Sequence record: NZ_CP083859.1
Reading direction: 5' to 3' (one strand)
Source of the DNA: a plasmid
Length of the DNA stretch: 64,000 bases
Shown: piece after piece, positions 40,120 through 48,022 of the stretch
How the letters are laid out: the number at the start of each line of letters is the position of its first letter
Position numbering within the stretch: position 1 is the stretch's first letter
Made by a program: the position numbers and the translations under genes
Notes under the pieces: model-generated
The model's database searches: none
What the model was told of the DNA's origin: nothing
What the model saw: the letters and a program-made list of their open reading frames with translations, nothing else

Positions 40120-40994
40120 CTAACCCCGGCGGGGGGACCCCCCCCCGCCATTCAGGGGCTGAGACTGTGTGGACATGCCTGAAGCGCCTTTATGAAGGGG
40201 TTGCCGGTTCGCCGGTAGCCCCTTTTTCCATCCCGAAGGGTGCAGTCGCATGCATGAACAACCCGGAAGGTCTGTTCCCCTGCGGGGAACGGGGGAAGGG
40301 GGACGCGCCTTCGGCGCTGCCCCTCTGCTCCCTCCGCCTTGCCCTCTCTCCTGCCTGATTTTGCTGAAGTCAGCGCGCCATTAGTTACCTGCCTGTATCT
40401 GGCTTCAGCCTGGTTTTCCCTGTGTTCTTCATCCCGGGCGTCATATCCGTCGTCCTGCTGGTTAACTTCCTCAGCTGCAGCTCCGTGGCCATAACCCGAA
40501 AACAGGGCAGGGCGATGGCCCCCTTCGGCTCCCGGCCAGCGCTGCTGTCCGGTCGTCGAGCCCCACTCCGCCAGGGCGGCCGCTGCGCACCCGCCAGGCT
40601 CCGCCGAACCCCTCCGGGTTTCGGGCCATACGGCTAGGGTCTGATGGCGAAGGTCAAGGGCTGCGGCTTCTCCGGCCGTGCCGTCCGGAACGCCTTCACC
40701 GCGCCGGCTGATGCCGTCGCTTTAATGGCGCCACGCCGTTCCGACGTGTCGGGTGTGTGCATCCTGTTCCCCCGGTGAAGCCATCCCCCGTGTGTCCTCA
40801 CGCGGAGGGCTGCTTGTAGCACCGTCGGGTCGTCATCCAAGGGGTGAAATGCACTCCGCCAAAACTTTTTTTCGTGCCGCAAAAACTTTAGTCTCCGCCC
40901 CTTTCCTTCCGCCCTTCGCCGTTGCTCCTTTGCCCTTTGCCGCGAGAGAACTCACCAGGGAGATGGACTGCCATCACCACAGGAGAAAACCAGG

Positions 40995-41288
40995 ATGCAC
41001 ACACGAAACGTCAACGTCAAAACCGCCGCTCAAGAATCTACCGGAAGATGTGATTCAAACCTCACCACGTCCCAGTTTACGGATCTGTTTTGCTGGGTCC
41101 TGGCCGCATCGGAAGGGGAGCCACAACCGGTAATTTTTACGCCGCCAGAGAATGCCACTGAGCTGACGTTAATAAATGACGAATGCCCGGATTATATCTC
41201 TGTCTGGGTTGTAGATGGTCGCCCGGTGGCAGCTGCAATCCCGCTGGATAATTTTCACCGCGTTATTTCTTCATCTCTTACTAAATAA
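40995..41288 (+). CDS. Hypothetical protein (97 aa)
   Basis: SD ccaggatg. Precedes ORF273. Confidence 0.45.
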   Translation: MHTRNVNVKTAAQESTGRCDSNLTTSQFTDLFCWVLAASEGEPQPVIFTPPENATELTLINDECPDYISVWVVDGRPVAAAIPLDNFHRVISSSLTK

Positions 41289-41304
41289 TCAGGAGTAAAT
41301 AAAA

Positions 41305-42126
41305 ATGGTCAGTTTCGCAAGCCGCTATCGTATGCCTGCCTCGATCCGCAAAGACCGTCCGCTGACGAATGATGAATTACAGCGCATCGTTCCGAGCGCG
41401 TTCTCATCGGATAAACACGATTCACGCTCTGAACGTTATACGTATATCCCGACCATTAACATTCTTGATCGCTTACGTGATGAAGGTTTTCAGCCATATT
41501 ATGCAACGCAGTCACGTACACGTGACCAGGATAAAAGCGACTTTACAAAGCATATGCTTCGCCTGCGCCGTCATGACCAGATTAACGGAAAAGAAGTGCC
41601 GGAAATTATTCTGCTGAATAGCCATGATGGTTCAAGCAGCTATAAAATGATCCCCGGCATGTTCCGTCAGGTTTGCAGTAATGGTCTGGTTGCATGGAAG
41701 GATTTTGGTGAAATCCGCGTACCCCACAAAGGGGATATTGTCGGGCAGGTTATTGAAGGCGCTTACACGGTGCTGAAAACATTCGACGCGGTTGATGAAA
41801 ATATAGACCTCATGAAAAGCATTCAGCTCACTTTGCCTGAGCAGCGCCTTTTTGGTGCGACCGCCCTGGAACTTAAATACGATGGAAAACCAGCGCCGAT
41901 TACACCGGAGCAAATTATTAACCCTCGCCGTGTGCTCGACAGAGGCCAGGATTTATGGACCACGTTTAACGTGGTGCAGGAAAATGTGATCCGTGGGGGA
42001 ATTCGTGGCAGAACGGAAAAAGGGAAGATGACCAGAACGCGGGAAGTCACCGGAATAGATGGTGACATCAAATTAAATCAGGTGCTCTGGAAAATGGCGG
42101 AGGAGTTTGCAAAACTGAAGGCCTAA
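41305..42126 (+). CDS. DUF932-family protein (ORF273 of F-like leading regions)
   Basis: 273 aa. Size and position (adjacent to the ORF169-type transglycosylase and oriT) match F orf273. Confidence 0.7.
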   Translation: MVSFASRYRMPASIRKDRPLTNDELQRIVPSAFSSDKHDSRSERYTYIPTINILDRLRDEGFQPYYATQSRTRDQDKSDFTKHMLRLRRHDQINGKEVPEIILLNSHDGSSSYKMIPGMFRQVCSNGLVAWKDFGEIRVPHKGDIVGQVIEGAYTVLKTFDAVDENIDLMKSIQLTLPEQRLFGATALELKYDGKPAPITPEQIINPRRVLDRGQDLWTTFNVVQENVIRGGIRGRTEKGKMTRTREVTGIDGDIKLNQVLWKMAEEFAKLKA

Positions 42127-42154
42127 AAATTAAGCCGCTCAACAGAGCGGCTTT

Positions 42155-42694
42155 TTACTGCACGCTATGTGACGATGCTGTTTCTGCAATTTTAATATCA
42201 TGCTCCTTTCCCGCAGCTGGCGCGAGACGTTCTGAAAGTAACTTTTTTCTGGCCAGTAATACACGATATATATTTTTGATATCCTGTGCATAGGCCTTGC
42301 GCTGTACAATGAGCTTTTTGCTCGGTCCAGTATTATACATCCCCACGCTGTCCCAGTTTTTCCCGTATGACCGAAAGTTGTGCGCCAGTACCCATGCTCC
42401 CGTATAAACGCAGATACATGGATCATTTAACAGGCGCTCACGGGTAATATTGAAGTTTTTAAGTTTACCGTAATGGGAACTGTTCACCTGCATACCGCAG
42501 ACATCTTCCGTTCCATTCCTGTTTGATCCATTTATCGCATCCGGTACAAGATGGCTCTCTTTAATCGAAATTGACATAAGCAGCAGCGGATCAATTTGGT
42601 AATCTTTCCCGGCCTGATCAAAGCACATCTGCGGAGCTGCGCCAGCAGATAGTGAAAGAGTCAGTAAAGCAGCAGGCAGTAACGATATTTTCAT
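42155..42694 (-). CDS. Lytic transglycosylase (X polypeptide / ORF169 / P19 family)
   Basis: 179 aa from the internal Met with signal peptide MKISLLPAALLTLSLSAGAAP. SLT-domain catalytic region (..MSISIKESHL.., ..GMQVNS.., ..YNTGP..). Confidence 0.8.
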   Translation of the reverse strand: MKISLLPAALLTLSLSAGAAPQMCFDQAGKDYQIDPLLLMSISIKESHLVPDAINGSNRNGTEDVCGMQVNSSHYGKLKNFNITRERLLNDPCICVYTGAWVLAHNFRSYGKNWDSVGMYNTGPSKKLIVQRKAYAQDIKNIYRVLLARKKLLSERLAPAAGKEHDIKIAETASSHSVQ

Positions 42695-42766
42695 GGTTTG
42701 GCCTTTTAGCGAAATAAACGGGCTCTGGAGAGGCGCTTTAAAAAATACCCCGGCGGATCGTCGCAA

Positions 42767-43267
42767 TCAAGTAAATTCACTACAAACGCGCCTGAGCGCT
42801 CTCCTGAAGGGATTTAACACCTGTCCGAAATAAACATGCCAGAACGGTATACGGTATTAACATGCCGCTCTTTACTAACCCTTTAAAACATCACACCCCA
42901 CGCAAGACTTCGTCTTGCAGATTTTTCCTTTCATTTCAGTGGGATGTTTGTAAGAAATTTGCGCGCTTTTGGAATGTGACCGTTTAATGTCGTACATACC
43001 GACACTACACTATCGTATAATCCTGATACCTGTTAGTGTCGGTATGTCACACATGTATCATACAATTGTAGATATGCTTTAATTACATTGAATTATATAT
43101 CGCACAGTGTCACACTATCGCACATCATAGTGCTGGATTGTACTACTGTATAGAACAGAAATGCACAGCAGTATCAACCCATTACAGCCTTGCACAGCAA
43201 TGTGGAAATCCACCAACAGGCCATACATAGTGTCGGTTCCGACACTAACTTAAAACAGGTAAGAAAT
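42767..43267. other. oriT region: F-like nic motif, inverted repeats and TraM-binding-type GACACT/AGTGTC repeats
   Basis: Minus strand reads 5'-CTTGCGTGGGGTGT|GATG (plus 42886–42906), matching the F nic sequence GTGGGGTGT|GG. AGTGTCGGTA-type inverted repeats lie at about 42996–43045 and 43229–43246 upstream of traM. Confidence 0.7.
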
Positions 43268-43663
43268 ATGGGAAGAGTCGGCATCTACCTTAAAGATAAA
43301 ATTGAACGCGAAGTTCGCGATATTGTTCAACAAGACCTGCAGAACGGCGCTAATGCTGGAGAAGCAAACATATCAGCTACCTGCAACGAATTAATCCGGC
43401 TTGGACTGCTTGTTTATAAACGCGATGGCGAGGATGGCAATCAATTTGATATCGAAGGATATCGAAGAGACCTCATAAGAAAAGCAGCCGGCTCACGCGA
43501 AGGCACAGTTCTCATTGCCACCCTAATCGCTGAGATGTATTTAAAAATGACAGGAAAAGACGGCGAAGGCAGCCTTGAAGATACGCTTGATATGATTTTA
43601 AGCGGCATAAACACAGCCGAGAACGAAGCAGAAGCAAGGCACTTCATCAACGAAAAAGAATAA
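43268..43663 (+). CDS. traM: Relaxosome accessory protein TraM
   Basis: 131 aa from ATG 43268. N-terminal RHH-like DNA-binding segment plus C-terminal tetramerisation helix, with the F TraM pattern. Confidence 0.8.
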   Translation: MGRVGIYLKDKIEREVRDIVQQDLQNGANAGEANISATCNELIRLGLLVYKRDGEDGNQFDIEGYRRDLIRKAAGSREGTVLIATLIAEMYLKMTGKDGEGSLEDTLDMILSGINTAENEAEARHFINEKE

Positions 43664-43695
43664 ATCTGTGAGCCGGACACCCCGGCCCACATCGA

Positions 43696-44352
43696 TCACA
43701 GGGACGGTTTTTCATCCCAGGGAAGGTCACTTTTCTCCACCTCCTTTATTTTTTCTTTCAGGAACACCTCGAACTCCATGCAAAGAACTTTAAGCGCCTG
43801 CACATCCTCATTCTGGTCAAGTAACCTTTCCGTAAAATAACCCAGCGTATTCATCAGACGGGTGAGCATTTCATCATTCAGACTACGGTTATGCACCTTC
43901 GCCATTGCCCTGATTTCATCTGCAAGGTTTTCAGGAATTCGCATGCTATATCCGGTTGCTTTCCCCGGAAGCAAAACTCTTTCACCCTCACGCCACATCC
44001 ACAATTGCTCCTGCTTGGGCGAGGATTTAATTTCTCCAGCATCATCAAGAGATTCACCATCAAGTAATTGCCCTAGCCACTCTTCAAATCTCACCGCCAG
44101 AGCAATGAGCCGCTCACCCTCCGCAGTTTTAATGACAGGCTTGCCGGGCTGATAATTCAGCGACAACAAAAGCCTGGCAATAATTTCCTCATTCACACTT
44201 CTGTTGCCAGCTCTGGCACATATTCTCAGCTCCATAAGCAGATTATCCGGTGCACGCAATCGCCACTCCACCGCCTCACCTGGCTGGAACTTGCGTGGAC
44301 GGCCGCGACCATCCCACATTTTTTCTTTTACTTTCATAGCTATAGATCCCAT
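43696..44352 (-). CDS. Tandem Arc/MetJ-type ribbon-helix-helix DNA-binding protein (two Arc-like repeats) on the opposite strand in the traJ/traY position
   Basis: 218 aa, ATG 44352 with SD ggag. Two repeats matching the Arc signature (..FQPGEAVEWRLRAPDNLLMELRICARAGNRSVNEEIIARLL.. and ..GYSMRIPENLADEIRAMAKVHNRSLNDEMLTRLM..); compare Arc FNLRWPREVLDLVRKVAEENGRSVNSEIYQRV. No credible + strand ORF lies between traM and traA. Confidence 0.7.
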   Translation of the reverse strand: MGSIAMKVKEKMWDGRGRPRKFQPGEAVEWRLRAPDNLLMELRICARAGNRSVNEEIIARLLLSLNYQPGKPVIKTAEGERLIALAVRFEEWLGQLLDGESLDDAGEIKSSPKQEQLWMWREGERVLLPGKATGYSMRIPENLADEIRAMAKVHNRSLNDEMLTRLMNTLGYFTERLLDQNEDVQALKVLCMEFEVFLKEKIKEVEKSDLPWDEKPSL

Positions 44353-44533
44353 AGACCATCTCCGAACTTACTGGTCAACAAAGCCTACCCACTTACATAT
44401 TCGGATAAATCTGAATGGTTCCAAAAAGTGTGACATGCGTCACAGTTTTTTTTTTTTAGGGTCATGGGACAATTGCGCCCGCGTAAACAAGCACTTACGC
44501 GATTCACTTTTGTTTACTTCGGAGAAAACAAAC

Positions 44534-44887
44534 ATGTTAACCAAAGGCAGTGCCCTTAACGTCGGTAAGGGATGGGCGGTAGCGTCTTTATTCCGCAAAG
44601 CACGCGAAAATCGCCAGGCTAAATTTTACTTAAAGTCAGCAGGCGCTTTTTTAATTGCACTTATGGTCACTCACCCGGCATTCGCATCTGGTACCGACCT
44701 TCTTTCCTCGCAGAACGCCACGGTTAATTCCACCTTCGGCTCCGGCTCATCACTGGTTAAATGGTTCTATATCGCCGAAATCATCATGGGCCTGTTTATT
44801 TACATTAAGGCCCGCTCACTACTGGTATTCGTCGGTATCGTTATGGCAATCATCTTTACCCGTGTCGCCTTCGGTATCGCGAGCTAA
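44534..44887 (+). CDS. traA: F-type propilin TraA
   Basis: 117 aa from ATG 44534 with SD ggag. Long leader peptide, AxA cleavage site, hydrophobic mature pilin. Confidence 0.85.
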   Translation: MLTKGSALNVGKGWAVASLFRKARENRQAKFYLKSAGAFLIALMVTHPAFASGTDLLSSQNATVNSTFGSGSSLVKWFYIAEIIMGLFIYIKARSLLVFVGIVMAIIFTRVAFGIAS

Positions 44888-45193
44888 ATGATGAACGGGG
44901 AAGGAGACAAATATAACTTCCCGGAAACAATGAACCAGCAGAACCGCTATTTAGGCTTACCGATTGACGAATTTATTGTTACCGCACCCCTTTTAGTTTT
45001 GGGGGTGCTTAACAACCTGTCACTCGAACTTGGTGTAATTGCGGGAATCCTCTGGTTCATCGTCAGATATCTGAAAAAAGGGCAGGGGTCGTACTGGTTG
45101 CTTAATTTCTGCTACTGGCACCTGCCATCACTTTTATTCAAAGTAACCTTTCGCCAGATACCTGACTCAAGTTTCCGGCACTGGAGGGCATAG
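44888..45193 (+). CDS. traL: TraL
   Basis: 101 aa membrane protein immediately after traA (..KYNFPETMNQQNRYLGLPIDEF..). Confidence 0.8.
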   Translation: MMNGEGDKYNFPETMNQQNRYLGLPIDEFIVTAPLLVLGVLNNLSLELGVIAGILWFIVRYLKKGQGSYWLLNFCYWHLPSLLFKVTFRQIPDSSFRHWRA

Positions 45194-45199
45194 TTTTTC

Positions 45200-45781
45200 A
45201 TGAAACTGAATATTAAAGGAGAGCGCGATAAACAACTCCGCTATGCGTTTATTGGTCTTTCAGCTTTAACTTTACTCATGAGCGCAGGGAATGTACTGAC
45301 AGGGTCACTGGCATGGTATTTCGCCACAACCCAGAAAACCATCACCACGCCGTTAACGTTTAACCGCCCATTTGCATCAGATTCTAAAAGTGTCGATGCG
45401 ACCGGTCTGACACAGTTCGCCGCTTCCTTTATTTACTGGCGACTCAACGTTACCCCGGAAAACATCGAACATAACCAGAAAATGATTCTTGGATTTGTCC
45501 CCTCCGCCGAACGGGACGTACTCAAGAAAGCCCTGGACATAGAAACTGAGCGCATCCAGAAAGCGGGCATCACCACCCAGTTCGACACGAAAGAAATTCG
45601 CGTCATGGATGATGGCTCCGTGCAGTACAGCGGGGTACTGAAATCCTCCACCACAAACGGCGCAATCATCACGCCACTGAAAGACCAGGAAAAAACCTAC
45701 CGACTGAAACTGAGTTATGACAACGGTGTGATTAACCTCCACAGCTTTGAAGAACTCAAGCCGGTATCTTCCACTAACTGA
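45200..45781 (+). CDS. traE: TraE
   Basis: 193 aa with N-terminal TM. Matches the order traA-L-E-K-B. Confidence 0.8.
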   Translation: MKLNIKGERDKQLRYAFIGLSALTLLMSAGNVLTGSLAWYFATTQKTITTPLTFNRPFASDSKSVDATGLTQFAASFIYWRLNVTPENIEHNQKMILGFVPSAERDVLKKALDIETERIQKAGITTQFDTKEIRVMDDGSVQYSGVLKSSTTNGAIITPLKDQEKTYRLKLSYDNGVINLHSFEELKPVSSTN

Positions 45782-45792
45782 CAGGACTGCCC

Positions 45793-46533
45793 ATGAAATT
45801 TCGCATTTCACCGGCAGCTGCTGCTGTGTTTCTGGCAGCGGGATTATTTACCAGCGGCCTCCGGGCCGCTTCCTCACCCGCAGCCATTCCGTTTGAGAAC
45901 GACGCCGCCTTTAACGTCACTCTCAGCAACACCAACCCGAGTAAGGTTGTTGTAGACGGAGAACTCATTACCAGCATCAGCGGACCAACCGGTGCGTATG
46001 ACCAGAGCCAGACCGAGGACGGAGCGCTTATTTTGTCTCCGCTTGTTGGCCAGAACTTCACCCTGTTTATCCAGACTGACCACGGTTCATCGCTGAGCCT
46101 GAACGTCAGGCCGCAGCCGGGTAACGGCAAAACACTGCGCTTCACCCCGATGTCACCACCACTTCGCAAGAACGACGATGCGAAGGCATGGGAAGAAGGG
46201 CAGACCTATGAAAAAACGCTGGTTGCGCTATCCCGCGCCGCAGTCAATGGCCAGGTGCCGGACGACTACCGGGAATACCCGGTCAGCCGCATGCCGGCTT
46301 ACACACCCGCCAGTGATGTACGCCTGACGCCTGAACGCCAGTTTGTGGGCAACCACCTGCGGGTTGTTCGCTTCCGGATGAGCAACCCGGGCAGCATCAC
46401 CCGCAGCCTCCGCGAGCGCGATTTCTGGCGCAAGGGCGTCCGGGCCGTAATGCTGTCGCAGAATCAGCTCTACGCTGGCGGTGAGGGCTATGCCTGGATT
46501 GTGTTTTCAGATGACGGAGACGCCCGCTCATGA
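45793..46533 (+). CDS. traK: TraK (secretin-like)
   Basis: 246 aa with signal peptide. Confidence 0.8.
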   Translation: MKFRISPAAAAVFLAAGLFTSGLRAASSPAAIPFENDAAFNVTLSNTNPSKVVVDGELITSISGPTGAYDQSQTEDGALILSPLVGQNFTLFIQTDHGSSLSLNVRPQPGNGKTLRFTPMSPPLRKNDDAKAWEEGQTYEKTLVALSRAAVNGQVPDDYREYPVSRMPAYTPASDVRLTPERQFVGNHLRVVRFRMSNPGSITRSLRERDFWRKGVRAVMLSQNQLYAGGEGYAWIVFSDDGDARS

Positions 46534-47006
46534 CCATCAGCCTGAATGAAAACCTGAAAACCCGCCGCAAGCAACTGGCCATCCTGGCCGCCGTCATCAT
46601 TGGCGGCGCAGCTGCAGCAGGCGGCGTAATGTGGTACGGGCAATACCAGCAAAAACAAAAGCAACCCGCACCGGTTGCAACACCAAACCTGACCGGCGTT
46701 GTGACCGCGACGTTTAACGAACAGGTCAACGATGCCGCGCTGACACAGCAGCAGGCAAAGACCTCCGCTCTTGAGCAAAACCTTGCCACGCTTGCTCAGC
46801 AGTTCGCGCAGAACAAGCTCACAACCGAGCAGAAGCTGGCCGAGAAGGACGCTGAAATACAGCGCTTGAATGACCAGCTAACGAAAGCCCCCGGCAGCAA
46901 CCAGACCACTGGCCAGCAGACACCACCTGTTGGCCAGAACGGAACACCACTCCCCGGTCCCGTTGCTGGCGGTCAGGCCCGGCCACCCGAATACACCGTA
47001 AAGTGA
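46530..47006 (+). pseudogene. traB: traB truncated after about 158 codons (N-terminal TM + Pro/Gln-rich region only)
   Basis: Starts with ATGA overlap on traK and has a TraB-like N-terminus. Ends at a stop with none of the ~300-aa C-terminal domain, so this is the upstream side of a deletion endpoint. Confidence 0.7.
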
Positions 47007-47010
47007 GCTG

Positions 47011-47247
47011 ATGTTAGCGAGGGCTTATATGAATGTATTTGGTTCACTTCCTGAGGGGCAGGGAATGACCATCATTGCTGGCTGGGCTGGCTATGAATTC
47101 ACTCTATATGGTCTGGAGCCCCAGGAGTGGCATTCACCGGTTTATAAGGATGTGGCCTCCTCAGTCCGTTCTGTGGCTGCATACATTAATGCACAGGACT
47201 GGGAGGACGGATGTCAGCAGGCCAGATATGAACTGAGTCTGATGTAA
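47011..47247 (+). CDS. Orphan 78-aa ORF at the tra deletion scar (possible C-terminal remnant of a lost tra gene)
   Basis: Begins 5 nt after the traB' stop. No family recognised. Confidence 0.3.
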   Translation: MLARAYMNVFGSLPEGQGMTIIAGWAGYEFTLYGLEPQEWHSPVYKDVASSVRSVAAYINAQDWEDGCQQARYELSLM

Positions 47248-47362
47248 TAACCCGACGTTTTCCCACTCGCGCTATCACGTAATTCATCACCCTTTTCAAC
47301 GTTTCTCCCCTGATAACACACATCACCGAACAGGTGATGCAATAACGGCCGGACAACACTCT

Positions 47363-48013
47363 ATGAGCTTCGCAGGAAAAAACCTCACTCAGGGCGGGCA
47401 GATGACCGCCTACCGCTGGCGCATGTTCATTCAGGTGAACAACTGGATAGGATTCTGGATCTTCATCCTGTTCGCCGTGCTAACTACCGCCATTTTTCTC
47501 TGGCGAATTCCACAGGAAGCCCTTGATAACGGCTCCCTGTGGTGGTTTGCCAGCATCAACAGCAGTTTTATCGATCTGATGCCGGCAACGGGGACGCCAA
47601 AAATTTACGACGTCCACTACTGGTATGCGCCAACCGCGACGATGATGGTGCTCAAAATGACCCTGCCGCAGATCTATACCGACCTGTATATGCAGGAGAT
47701 GGGCAACCAGTGCCTGACTGAGCTGCAGTGGGCGGCCGGCGCCAGCGGGTTGTTCAGTATGGTGGTGTTTATCGCCGTGACATGGTTTATCGCCAGTATC
47801 GGCAGAAAGGAAAGTGAAGATGAATACATTTCCGGGATGCAGCTGACTGATAAGCCAGCTGAAGTGAACAAGCTCCTGCGTAAAAACGGTGAGTTCTCTG
47901 ACCTGCGCGTGGGTGATCTGCATATGGTCAGGATGGCGGAGGTACTCAACTTCCTGATGCATGGCACTATCGGGGTGGGGAAGTCGACGCTGATACGCTG
48001 GTTGCAGAGCTGA
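47363..48013 (+). pseudogene. traD: traD 5' fragment (coupling-protein N-terminal 216 codons: two TM segments + Walker A GTIGVGKST)
   Basis: Collinear with the F TraD N-terminus (MSF..KD(N)(L)TQGGQ.., ..DLRVGDL.., ..LHGT(I/V)G(V/A)GKS). Stops at TGA, whereas full TraD is about 720 aa. Confidence 0.8.
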
Positions 48014-48022
48014 GCGGAGGCA

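Noticed and set aside
40167-41133. Several 60–126-aa ORFs in the GC-rich block (40167..40358, 40422..40637, 40634..40882-, 40753..41133)
   Set aside because: Mutually overlapping, no SDs, Pro/Arg/Gly-rich composition typical of random frames in 65% GC DNA. The region is flagged instead as an unexplained non-coding block.
43862-44152. + strand 96-aa ORF where traJ would be expected
   Set aside because: Ser/Pro/Leu-rich nonsense translation with no SD. The opposite strand encodes a protein with two clear Arc-type RHH signatures.
45377-46169. Minus-strand ORFs 45377..45811 and 45774..46169
   Set aside because: Antisense to traE/traK.
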